A stretch of 64,000 nucleotides of DNA from Octopus bimaculoides (lineage: Eukaryota), in assembly GCF_001194135.2 (NCBI RefSeq), contig NC_068998.1:28389498-28453497 (forward strand), read 5' to 3'. The notes below the pieces were generated by a model. The model was not told the origin of the DNA and made no database searches. It saw only the letters and a list, made by a program, of their open reading frames with translations. Positions 27,258-40,315 of the stretch are shown piece by piece. Position numbers and translations under genes: made by a program. The stretch's first letter is position 1; every line of letters begins with the position of its first letter.

Positions 27258-27302
<45 letters not shown>

Positions 27303-27439
27303 GTAAGTATGTATGTATATATGCATGCATGCATGTATGTATATATACTTAAATACTTAGATAAGTTTCGGCCACCGTTGGTCCAGTCCATGTCTCGCTT
27401 AATAACACCACCTGGAAAAGACATTTAAAGATGTTTCAT

Positions 27440-27600
27440 ATTAGTCATCGCCCATTCGAGTAGAGAGTTATTGTTTGCAGAGATATATCCAGGAGTAGGG
27501 GTTCATCTGGAATTCTTATGAGTCTTGGTGAGATGCGAAAGAGACCAGGGCCAGTTGAGATGAAAAAGTTCTGTCTTAATCTTCTGATGTGACGTGAACA
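27440..27600 (-). mobile_element. Possible CR1-like LINE C-terminal fragment
   Basis: Minus-strand ..LIRIPDEPLL.. resembles the PDEP motif at the ORF2 end of CR1-group LINEs; short and decayed. Confidence 0.3.
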
Positions 27601-27621
27601 TATATATAATTGTATATGTGT

Positions 27622-27657
<36 letters not shown>

Positions 27658-30543
27658 ATGATTATGTATATTATGTCTATATGTGCGTGCGTGTATGTGT
27701 GTGTGTACGTGAATGTGTGCATGTGTGTGTGTGTGTTCATGCATATAATGTATGAGTGTGGATGCATATGTGTCTATGCGTGCGTGCACTCCACAAAGGT
27801 GCACAGACAGACACACACACGCACCGACATATGTTTAATATTTACTTACACTCTGAAGCATAAAACAGCTCACATCGGAAAAACACGAGGTGAGCTGTAC
27901 TTATCAACTATCATAAACTCAATAAGCAACTCAATAATAATTACTATATAAACAGTGATACACGCATTCATCAATCAGTTTGTCTGACTTATACAACTCT
28001 CCTTTCAAATTGCCTTCTCCTTTCTATTTAGTCTTCAGTGAAATATGATTATCACCCAGTCTCAAAATATTACTGTTAAAATCATCACAACCTGCTTGAT
28101 TTGATCAGCAGTTGTCAAGGTGAATTGTCTATGAAACACGCTGTTTTGCGCAATAAGGCACGACGGTACCACATCCACGTTAGTCCTTTAAGGTAGCTAA
28201 TTGGGTTTAATTTAGATCAACAGTAATCAAGCAAATATGTATTATGTGCAGTACACCAGATATAGTTAAGCCACTGACTGACATTATCCTCCAAGCTGAA
28301 TCCTTCAATATAAAAAGCGTCATTAAATTCTATAATCCAGCAAACTTCACAAGAAGTTGATCTGCAGATGTTCGTGCAGAAGAAAGGATATTTTGCTGAA
28401 AATACTGTAAAGTCACCGATTAGAAAATATTTTTTTGAACGAAACTCTTGAAGATTATCGTTAAATGAACAAGGAATATTTTTGTGTATCACAACACACA
28501 GGAAACAGGCGCACTTTCACAACGCCAGCCATGTATTCTAATCACTTAGGAAAAAAAAATTTCAACTAATTTTCAGGAATCCCCTTATCTACTCCCCTCA
28601 ACCAAAACTGCAGCCATCCTCCAGTAAAGTCTCCTATAATTGCTGTTCACATTGCTTCCAGCTATACTCTAAACGCACATGGTAAATCTCCTTTCAGACT
28701 CCCCTGTTAACAGCCTATTATCCTTACTCTGCCTAACATGGAAAGGTTGCTTCACTTACTATTCAATCTTCACTCCATTATTTCTGCTCAACTTCAGAGC
28801 TTGGTTATCTAATAATAAACTTCTTCCTCTTCTCTATTAATGATCTTATTCATTGTCCCTTGATCCTCTTCCTCAGACCACTTTACATACAACCTCTCCA
28901 CTGACCATCACATTTTTTTATGAGCAAACATCGAAACCACTGTATTGTTGGTGATTCGACAATTTACTCATATTACATCAGAACACTGACACTAGAGATC
29001 TCAAGAAATTCAAACCACACTACAGCTAATGAACAACACGCAACTATGCTACAGTGCGAGTTTCTATGCGGTTGTTCGGATTGCTAGAAATAGCAGCCAG
29101 ATTTCCCTCTTATCACACCGATCATCTTGATAAGGGAAAACCTCATATTGAGAAGGACGCTATGGTCACGGCTGGATCTTATTCAAGCACAGGTCTCCTC
29201 AATAAGGGCTGAACTAAGGCCGTCTGGACACACAGCAAAATCCCCAGCATTCCTTATGATAACGATTATTTCTTAAGTTGACCATAACCAAGGTTGAATG
29301 ATAAAATTGATTTTCTTTTTCCAAGTATACAAAGCAACAATAAAAATTTAAAAAAAACCCCAGAACCACTTTGGTTCCCGAACGGTTGTTGACGGTGTAA
29401 AACCACGCAAACGTGATGTCCTGGGACAGTTAGACTTGGCTTCATCTCCCGTCCTATTTGCCAAACACAGCATTCATGCACGCTGTCACTTATTCCCTGT
29501 TAAAGCTTACTGTGGCATTAACACTGCTAAACTCAACCACTTATACTTCCTTCGTATCTCACAATCTCTAACACACTATCTACTTTCACATTCGTATGTA
29601 TAGCCACACATCTACTTGTCCATAAACCACAAAACTCTTTCTCTCCGTCCACAACTCTCTCTCTCTCACTTTCTCTCCCCCCCTTTCTCTCTCTACGTGT
29701 GTTTTTCTATTTATAGGTCCCTCATTCTATTTGTTTGTCCATCACTTTCTCTCTCTTTCTCTCTCTTTCTCTTTCTCTCTCTTTATCTTTCTCTCTCTGA
29801 ATGTATGTATGTATGTATGTATGTATGTATGTATGTATGCATGTATGTATGTATGTATGTGTGTGTGTATGTATGCATGTTGTAAATTCAATTTGAAAGC
29901 GGAACACTAGAAACCAGGAGGACTTTTCTAAAAGTCATCTCAATTCATTTTAATAGAGGTTAGTTCCATCGATCTCGAAGACTTTAAAGAATTAGAAATC
30001 AAATCACGGTGAACATATACACATGCACTTTGCATACATACAGGATTACGTCACACACCCAAACACATACACGTACATACATACATACATACATACATAC
30101 ATGCATACATATACACACGCACACATACACATATACATATATATTCCGCTAACACGTTTGTTAAATGAGTATATTGCAGTATGTATTCATGTTGTATGTG
30201 AGCGTGACGTAGAAAGAGAGAGCAAGAGAGAGAGAGAGGGAGGAGGAGAAAGAGAAAGAGACACAGAACGAGCGAGCGAGAGAAATTTGAGAAAGGGAGT
30301 GTAGAAGAAAGTGTGTTTATGTATTGGTGAGTGAGAAGGAGAGAGAGAGAGAGAGAAGGAGAGAGAGGGAGAGACCGACAGAGTGTGTACGTAAGAGAAA
30401 CAGGAAGTGTATGTGAGAATGTGTGTGTGCGTGCGTGTGTGTCTGTGTGCATAAGAAAGTGTGAGAGTATGTCTGTCTAAATACGTATTTGTGTGACGCG
30501 GGAGTGTCTAAATGTGTGACAGAAAAAGATAGAGGTAAAGAGT

Positions 30544-30585
<42 letters not shown>

Positions 30586-30737
30586 GAGAGAGTATGTGTA
30601 TTAGTGTGCGTGAGAAAACGAGAGCGGTGTATGTGTATGAATGCGTACGCAATAAAATACACGTGTATCTTTGTTGATATATGTGTGTGTGTATGTGTGC
30701 CTGTACGTGGTGTTTTGTATGTATGTATGTATGTGTG

Positions 30738-30779
<42 letters not shown>

Positions 30780-31006
30780 CACATATATTTACGTATATAT
30801 ATATATACATATATACATGTATATATATACATATATATATATACATACATACATGATCCATATATATACATATATACATATATACATATGCACATACAAA
30901 GCCTAAAATAAATAAAATTTTAAAGTCTGCGAATCTCAACGTTTTGGTCAACTGTCATCTCCACAACCGTTTATACCGTCTTATAAATACACTAACATGT
31001 AAATAC

Positions 31007-31122
31007 TACCACCACCACCACCACCACCACCACCACCACCACCACCACAACAACGACAACATCAACTACTGCTACTAATACCACCATCCCAACAACTAAA
31101 ACTACTACAACTACCATCCCAG

Positions 31123-31187
<65 letters not shown>

Positions 31188-31227
31188 GTTGCTGCTGTTA
31201 CTGCTGCTGCTGCTGCTGTTGTTGTTG
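31007..31227. repeat. Compound trinucleotide repeat (CAC)n/(CTA)n/(CTG)n
   Basis: Directly visible triplet runs ~350 bp upstream of the candidate exon. Confidence 0.95.
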
Positions 31228-31582
31228 GTCGAAAGGCTATAGTTCTGCTACCACAACACTCAACAGCTGTCCATTGTCTGTTTCTTGTATATTTCACTCC
31301 CTTTTTCTCATCTCTCAAGAGGAAAACATACAACACACACACACACGAGTGTATATGTGTATATGTTCTGTATGTGTTCGTGTGTGCATGTGTATGTGTC
31401 CCAACATCTTTACTACCGTGAACTTTATCATTTGCGCTTACCTATCTCTTCTTCCCTGGAATCACCAATTACAGACTCTTCCGTGCGCCTGGGTGTGTGT
31501 GTTTATGCATGTGCATTTGTGTGCGTGTGTGTGTTATGCTTTTCTGCACAGCTTATGTGTGTCGCTATTCTTCCCTATCTAG

Positions 31583-31758
31583 ACGTTTGTCTTTCGGATA
31601 AACAGCAGGATCGGATCTGACTGGGTCTTGCTGGCTGCTTCAGCGTATTACCCACCTTGTCACACTAGCAACATGTCTCAAGCAGAAATTGGAACTATCA
31701 GCGAACTCCACTTACATCGTATGAACAGGAATCGGCGCCATACCCTGGCCAATGTTCG
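31583..31758 (+). CDS. Candidate coding exon of an unidentified host gene (MSQAEIGTISELHLHRMNRNRRHTLANV-)
   Basis: Non-repetitive island with a pyrimidine tract and AG acceptor (TTCTTCCCTATCTAG, ends 31582). The frame is open across the whole exon, with CAACATG at 31669-31675 and a consensus donor CG|GTGAGT at 31759 (phase 2). No partner exon identified in the window. Confidence 0.5.
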
Positions 31759-31900
31759 GTGAGTACATTATTTCTCCTCTTTCATCCTCTGCTTCTACTG
31801 TTTATCGACGTAGCAACATCGCTAGCGCTACTCCTTTCATTTCTACGCTGCTGTCATTACAGTTACAACCATGTCAAACTATAAACCGAACAGAATGTAC

Positions 31901-31941
<41 letters not shown>

Positions 31942-31950
31942 TTGGTGTAC

Positions 31951-31981
<31 letters not shown>

Positions 31982-32144
31982 TCGGTGTATGTGTGTCGGT
32001 GTATGTGTATATACATATCTGTGTCTCTATGTGTATAATGTGCATTTGAATGTGTGAATATGTGTATGTGTGTGTTTATGCATATGCGTATTTATGCGAG
32101 CATGTATGTGCGTTATACCTATGTTTGTGCGTATATGTGTGAGG

Positions 32145-32216
<72 letters not shown>

Positions 32217-32260
32217 NNNNNNNNNNNNNNNNNNNNNNNNNNNNNNNNNNNNNNNNNNNN

Positions 32261-32317
<57 letters not shown>

Positions 32318-33294
32318 CAGTGTTTGTGTTGTGAAGTTTTAGTAACTACGATCAAACTATTATAAATACTTCTTTCTTCGACTGTACAGAAATAGACTTC
32401 CACAGCAGAAACGTCAAATTTAACTAATCATGTGTGTGTTTGTGTATGTACGTGTGTGTCTGTTTGTGCATGTACGTGTGTGTGTTTATATGTGTGTGTG
32501 AATAAGAAATGTGTCGTTGATGGTGACACTGTACCCATCTCTGATCTAGATGATCGTTGTAGACAAATGGTGACAGATGGCACTAGCCAATAGAGTAAAT
32601 GTTAACACTTCCCTCTTTCTCTCTGGCTATGATATTTATTACCGACATCCTTTACAGCTATCAACCTGGTTTTTTTACTCATCCAAACAGACAGCTGTGT
32701 ACTACATGAAACATTAGCTCTTTATTTTAGTGCACTAGATACGTGTGGACAACTAAAATAAACAAACTTCACACTGCTTGCTGATAAATATTGCAATATT
32801 AGAGTGTAATTAGAGTGTAATTACTGTTTACTGTTTCAAAGGGTTGTACCCTTAATTACGTTATCATCTGGTTGTAATTAACGTATTTCTAAAATGTATA
32901 AATAAATAACAATAAAAGCAAATTCGGATGTAAAGCAAATCTCTGGGCTCATTTATAGTTTGTTGTCAGGTAAAGAATGTTGAGTGCTTTTACAGCGAAC
33001 TTGTGGAAATATTTCATCTGTACTTTCAACACTTGTTGAACTGATTCTATGGTTTGTTATGCTACACAACAGGTTTTCATATTCACACCTGTTGTACATC
33101 TAGATCACTGACTGTACAATAATATAAAGACGTCATATTCTGATGTATACGCAAGCACAGGAAAAGAAAAACACTATGTAAAAATCATATATTTACTGGA
33201 GGTGCTAAATGTTTTATTCGTTGTAACTTTCAACGTAAACAAATAAATAGTGTCTGCTGCACATAAACGCATAATTGCGCAGTCACGCACACGC

Positions 33295-33358
<64 letters not shown>

Positions 33359-34392
33359 TATACACAGCTCCACTTTCTGGGAGAATATTTATTATTCAGG
33401 AAGCTTTCTGCCTCCTCTAGAAGTATGACAGAGTTTCAAATCAACTGAGATTATCAAAGCACTTAGTTGACAAACCCCCTCCCCCTTTAAGGAGTATTTA
33501 AAATCTAGAAACACCATAAACAAGAGAGATAACTCCAATGGCATCAATTCATCGAAATTTTTGAACAATATAGATAATGTTGGTTGTAATGGATCCGGAC
33601 CCTAGGTTCGTCTTTTTTATATAGGATTTAGTGAACAATAGCGCCTTAACCACGAGAACATCTAATTTGACTGAAACGTGTCTGTTTCTTTTACCTGTTG
33701 GTTTCAAAGAGCAATCTGCATTTATTGCAGTTATTTCAGGAGCTTGTTGAGTATTATAAATTATAGATTATTAAACACCCGAGAGGGAGAGTTTGTACTC
33801 TGATTGCTTTGATAACCTCAGTTGACCAAACGTTTTTTTTTTTTATCTCACTATATTTGTACTTCATATGTGGAAGGCATATAAAAAAAAACCCCAAAAA
33901 TTATTTTCTCCATTCATTCATATCATTGATGTCCTTAATCAGTGCCGTTATACGCCCTTTATGTATTGATCACTATTTGTCTTGCCAACTAAAATAGAAT
34001 ATACTCAGTTGAGGACTATATTATGTTTCAGTTAGTAAGGTCTCCTAAACATGTTACCTGTTCCCATCAGTTGGCCTTAGAGACAAAGATTCATTGTGTA
34101 TAGAGTTCAGAAACTTTGATCAACTTGATCCTATTGGAATTATTACCGTTGCCCGTTGGTTTTAGACTTTAAGCGTCTGTAGAGGGAGCTTTTTTCTAGT
34201 AATTGCTTGCTTGAACGAAGTTTTCATTTCGCTACAATACATATAACACACATATTTAAGCCGACACAAAAATACGTTCACAAATGCCTGCAAACTTTCA
34301 CATACCCAAACATGCTTATATATATGTGCGTATGGATATATGTAGGTACTTACATGTATGTGTGTGTGTGTATATATTTATATATATGTATG

Positions 34393-34440
<48 letters not shown>

Positions 34441-34819
34441 AGTTCAAAAAGCAATAACAAAAAAAAACAACAAAGTGAGGACGTGATATGGATAGTGTTA
34501 TTGGACGCTCAGGAAAGGAAAGAAAGAGTGTATGACGTTTCGGGCGTAGCCCTTCGTCGGAAAGATGGAAAGTTCGGAGAATGGAAGAACGGAGAAAGAG
34601 GGAAATGGTACCGATGCCCACGAGGTTACATTGTGAAAAAAAATACATGTATATATATATTTATATATGTACATATACATATTTATATATATAAATATAT
34701 ATATATATATATACATATGTATATATAAGCATTTTGTATATCTATTTATCTATTTATCTATCCATCTGTCTGTGTGTTTATGTGTGTGTGTGTGTTTGTG
34801 TATACACTTATATACATGT

Positions 34820-35098
34820 GAAGGGGCGTGAGTTCGAAAACCCTCGGCGCGTTGTGTCCTTGTGCAGACATTTTATTTCACGTTGCTCCAGTCAGCCTGG
34901 TTGGCAAAAATGAGTTGTACCGGTAATTTGAAGGGCCAGCCCAGCAAGATTCTGTGTCACGCTGAATCTCCTCGAGAACTATGTTAAGGGTACGCGTGTC
35001 TATGGAGCGCTCAGCTATTTTCACGTTAATTTCATGAGCAGGTTGATACGTCGATCGGATCAACTGAAACCCTCGTAGTCGTAACCGACGGAGTGCCA
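34820..35098 (+). mobile_element. SINE, family C, with RTE-like 3' tail
   Basis: B-box-like GAGTTCGAAAACCC, central GTTGTGTCCTTG..TTTATTTCACGTTGCTCCAGTC, and 3' end ACCGACGGAGTGCC resembling the end of the RTE at 691-703 (-). Confidence 0.65.
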
Positions 35099-35861
35099 GT
35101 TATACACATACATGCTTATATATACATACATATAAATATTCATATATGATTTCTTTCAGCCATTTCTGATGATTGGCAGAATTGGCTATTAAGAGATTGT
35201 ATGATATTGTATTTTAGTACAAATGATAGTACGTTTGAAAAGAGATATTTGTATACAATATCAATATCAAAATTCTGCACTAAATTTAATCGAAAGGAGT
35301 CATCTATGGCATACGTATAGTAAAGGCTACAAATTATCAACCGTGATAAAATAAAAAAAAGTCATATCTTCGCTTTGTAATTCTTTAACAAAGGTTAAAG
35401 GCAAACTGCTGCTGTTTCAGAAGCGTTTTTTTTTTATCGATAAATAATAATCCCCTTCAATGATGCCTAAATATCACTTCTTGTGATATTTTTTTCTCCA
35501 AACCCAATTTTTAATTTTCAATTCACCAGAGGAAAATATTTTTCATGATGTAATCGAATAATTCATCAATAGAAAATACTCTTGAAACAGCTGAAATGAA
35601 CCTTAACCCATTTATGTTGGATCTGGAACTTGCATTGGATCGAGAACCTGCATGCCTGTGTGCATCGGTACATAATTGCATATACATGCGTAGTTATATC
35701 CTTGTGCTTATTTGTGTGAACATGTACATATGTTTGTAGGTGTATGAATATGCCCGTATATGCACGGGTATGTAGGGATGTATTTGTGTATGGTATATAC
35801 ATGTATGTGCCGAACTCGACCCTGACTTGGTGTCCTTAATATTACGAATCTTATATACATC

Positions 35862-35952
<91 letters not shown>

Positions 35953-36189
35953 GGCGAAACTAGTCTAGTGATTCTAGAGATGCGCATGGGGCAGTTATCT
36001 CCCCTGTCAGTGTATATATATTGCACGCTTCTTACAGCATTAAGAGTTTTTAACTCTTCTTTCCGGCAATATAGGTGCTTCGGCATCGTCAGTCACAATT
36101 AGTGATGATAAAAATTTTCCTTTATGGTATTATATTGCGCCTAGCTGGTTATATTCATTTTTAATATACGCATTAACATATACCATTAA

Positions 36190-36632
36190 TAGTTATCGCC
36201 AAGCTAACACGGCAGTCCAGAAAAAATAGGACGAATGCTGCCGTTCACTAGCTCCAAGAGGCCATCGCCTCTAGCTATGTGACACACAAACCTGTGTCCA
36301 TTACAGCCTTCGAACAGGGGAGGTCATCAACTTCCTCATGCTGGTTCAGACATCCACAGACTAGTTTCAGGGTATTTGCCCTGTAGCAATGTGGAGTAGT
36401 CGAACCCAGCAGGCGTCGCTGTTGACTGTCTGTTCGAAGATTTATATATATTCAGTGGAACACATCCAAAACTAGTCTGTGGATGTCTGAACCAGCATGG
36501 GGAAGCTGATGACCTTCCCTGTTCGAAGGTTGTATGTCAAATAGCTAGCTAGATGCGATGGCCTCTTGAAGCTAATCAACGGCAGTATTCGTCCTATTTT
36601 TCTGGACTGCCATGTTAGCTTGGTGATATCTA
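36190..36632. mobile_element. MITE with ~165-180-bp TIRs
   Basis: Arms 36190-36367 and 36468-36632 are reverse complements. Flanked by TTAA (36186-36189 and 36633-36636); a TA TSD reading is also possible. Confidence 0.85.
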
Positions 36633-36771
36633 TTAATACCCAGTACTGCTGCCGTAGTCTCCTTTAGAGAGATTTAGAAATAATATTTCTATTTTTGAAA
36701 GCCATAAATTTTTCTGGTAAAATATATATACTGACAGCCGGATTTAGCCAAACCGTCGAGGGTGTGAGCAG

Positions 36772-36817
36772 TCACTACTGACGAACCTATGACTGATAGG
36801 CAAAACTAGTCTAGTAA
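36772..36817 (+). ncRNA. Minimal type I hammerhead ribozyme motif (this copy GAAA>AAAA)
   Basis: TCACTA-CTGACGA-A-CCTAT-gactg-ATAGG-C-AAAA-CTAGTC-TAGTAA. The sister repeat at 35953-35971 has the intact GGC-GAAA-CTAGTC-TAGTGA 3' half. Confidence 0.65.
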
Positions 36818-37235
36818 TCCTAGAGACGATTATGGGGCGGTTACCTCTCTTATCAGTATATATACATTGCGCACTTTTTACAACATTAAGCATTTTTAAC
36901 TCTTATTTCTTGTAATATAGGTGCTTCGGCATCGTCAGTCACAATTAGTGACGATAAAATTTTCCTTTTATGGTATTATATTGCACCTAGCTGTTATATA
37001 AATTTTACATACACACACATATACAATACATACATACATAGATATAGATATAAATATGTATGTATATGTATAAATGTCGCTTATGTGTATTTTTATGTAT
37101 ATATTCTTTCCTACATATATACATATATGTTTGTGTGTGTGCGTGTGCATGATTTATAGTAAAAAAGCTGCATAAGTGACGCAAGTGCTCAAGGGCCAAT
37201 TCGAGATGAAACTCTTAGTCCTTGAGTCACGATTG

Positions 37236-37318
<83 letters not shown>

Positions 37319-37624
37319 CAGCACACACTACACACACATATACTTCTGTTACATACTGGACGGTGACTTCAGTGCGACGGACCTTACCTTATTACACTCT
37401 TAAGGATTATGTTTGGATGACAAGCGTCTGGGAATACTCAGTCTCTTACACTTTAATTGCAAGTGACGGAAGATTCATGTATAGAGAGTGTACGTATGTG
37501 CATATGTGTGTATGTGCGCATGTGTTGTGTGTGTATGTGTGTAGGTGTGCGCTAGGTGTGTGAATAAGCATGAAAAAATAGAAAAGGTAAAACTCCTTTC
37601 TGCCTATCCTTAGAACCCGCCTTT

Positions 37625-37660
<36 letters not shown>

Positions 37661-38165
37661 TGTCACTGGCACTGTTCCACTTTTTTTACACATTAATATC
37701 AATTGAAAGACATGAACCCTCACAATATCATATTTTTTATAAATGCAAGAGGTCAAGTCGTGCCTAATCAAAATCTCCACCCAGTTTCAATTATCAGTTG
37801 ATGCAACAACAGTTATGCACCTAATCCTCCCGCCAAATGGACGTCAATGTTTCTTTCCATTCTTGCCCTTAAAATGTAAGTCTTTCGTACCAAATCAATA
37901 GAAAACTTATACAAAATAATAATAATTGATCCTCGAAGTGACTTAATAACTGGTGCAAAATATTGATTTCTGTTTTTTGCTTATACGAGGCTAAATTTAT
38001 GAGATTTTGTGGCGTTAATGTTTTCCCCTGACGAATTTGAAGAGGAACGATGAGGTTTCAAATGTAATGTATTCGTCACATGTTAGGGATTAGCTAAATG
38101 AGAACCTAAGAGGTTAAACTTTGCAAGAGCTAATATTTCTTTATTATTCTTTTATTCTTATATTG

Positions 38166-38395
38166 TTACTTGTTTCAGTCATTTGACTGCGGCTATGCTG
38201 GAGCATCACCTCACAAAGTTCTTTTAGTCGAAGAAATCAACCCCAGAACTTATTCTTTGTATGCCTAGTACTTATTCTATCGGCCCCTTTTGCCGAAGTT
38301 ATGGGGGCGTAAACACACGAACATCGATTGTCAAGTGATGGTGTGGGGACAAACACAGTCACAAAGAAACACACACACACACATATATACATACA

Positions 38396-38464
<69 letters not shown>

Positions 38465-38810
38465 GACGGACTTCTTTCAGTTTCCGTCTACCAAGTCCAC
38501 TCACAAAGTTTTGGTCGGCCCAAGGCTATAGTAGAAGATACTTGCCCAAGGTGCCACGCAGTGGGACTGAATCCGGAATCGTGTGGTTGGAAATCAAGCT
38601 TCTTTATTTCATAAATTTTGCCATAAAGGCATTACATAGAGGAGACAAACAAAGACAAACAAACATAAAGAAGCTGCGGGCTGGACACGGACGTTAATGA
38701 GTGAAATGAATACAAAAAGATGAGTAAAAAATGAGAGAGGCACCAGCGCCCGCCGACCGACAACCCCTCGAGAAGCAAGCTTCTTACCACACAGCAACAC
38801 TTGCATGAGC
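38166..38810 (-). mobile_element. Full family B SINE with a LINE 3' fragment inserted in its head
   Basis: Reverse complement of the 42184-42578 copy. The head is interrupted by ~38605-38772, with CAAGCTTCTT duplicated at 38595-38604 and 38776-38785. Confidence 0.8.
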
Positions 38811-40315
38811 GAATAAGACTGACTAGGTCAAAAATTGTTCAATAAAAATCATCAACAAAATCAAATTAAATCAAGTTCTAAAGTCCTCCACATCCGGGCC
38901 CCCAAGATTCCTGCTACCTGCAGGAAAGCCCGCAATGGCTGGCTCGGCTTTATGATGATGAAGTCCTTCTTGTCACATATCCTTTCAACTTTGTAACCTT
39001 CACTAACATATAAGACCTCCGCACACACCTGCGGAGGCCAATTTGGGTCGTCTATAGCGGTCGAATCGTACCGTTTCCGAAAATAGTAAGGTGTGGAAGA
39101 GATAACCAGTCGCTTAGCTATATTTGAATTAATAGTGTTAAAGCTGGAGAGAGCTCCGTCAATGTATAATGTATAAAAAAGGCCTCAGATCATTAGAAAT
39201 ATGGTGAGTCTATAGGGATGTAGCTTGATCAGAAAGTTTGCAGCCATGCCTGGACAAGGTGTTTGTTTATGTATCAATCAGTGACTTTGTAAGGGACCAG
39301 TAATATGCCATAGAGAAAAGTATCCTTTCAATGTTTCAAATTCGTCCATTAGAAGATGACCTGTGGACGTCCATGGTCAAAATCCTGATAGGTGATAGTC
39401 GTACCGCTATTGGAAATAAACTTCAGACATTGGCGATGAAATGAGTGACGCGGGTGCCATAGCACACGTAGTAAGATGCAAGTTGTAGCCGATAGATGAC
39501 GACGACGCTGCTGCTGCTGCTGATGATGACGACGATGACGGCAACAGCGACGCTGATGATGATAATTGTATAGAAGTAACATTGATACTTACTGAGAACA
39601 GAAAGAACTCCTAAGCGTAAAAGCAGCGATCGTTTATGATGCGAGAAATGTTGGTAATAAAAGTGATATTTCGGTATTTAACAGGTCAACAAGGTTTCTT
39701 AGTAATAGAACACGTTGTTATGTATTTCTTCCTCTTTGTAGAAGAAAAGAGGAAAGCTTTAAGGTGTTTAGTGAAGAAAGAACGTACAATTTGAAGGTGT
39801 TTAATTTTGTTTTTCTATAAGTTGTTGATGAAGTAAACTTCATTGTTGAATATTGAAGTCCTGAAGTATTATAGAATTGATTGTAATATAATGAAGTGTA
39901 GAATATTTAAACTTAGCGTTGTGTTGTATTCCAATGCTTGAAATGGCTTTAATAGCTCCATGTTTCTAAAATGAAATAGTGCATATCAAGATCGTAACTT
40001 ATTCTATATTTCCATGATTATTGCTTACTTGGCGAATTTGGTTAGGATTTAGCCAGAATATCTGTGGAAAGGTTGGAATATAGCTAGAATGCTAGAGTTT
40101 AAATTAGAGGTGCCTATGAACGCTGTAGGAAAATATTAAAAGGAAATTATAATAGTATTTGGTCTATAAATTTATTAAATACTTTCTTTTATTGTAGACT
40201 GTGGCTGTTTTCAGTAACGTAATTCAGGAAAGCTAACACAAATTCTCATGTCATCTATGGATAGACGATAAATCGTCTATTCATAGATAAAGTAAAATTT
40301 ATAATAATTCATAAT

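Larger units (their letters stand above)
35953..36998 (+). repeat. Two ~200-bp direct repeats beginning at a hammerhead motif (PLE terminal repeat or retrozyme-like)
   Basis: 35953-36153 and ~36799-36998 align throughout (e.g. AATATAGGTGCTTCGGCATCGTCAGTCACAATTAGTGA is identical in both). The hammerhead core is at 36772-36817. Confidence 0.8.

Noticed and set aside
36506-36512. CTGATGA inside the MITE arm
   Set aside because: No GAAA box follows the stem; it is part of the TIR.
37704-37714. 11-nt match to the miR-71 5' end (TGAAAGACATG)
   Set aside because: The remainder diverges and no hairpin is evident.
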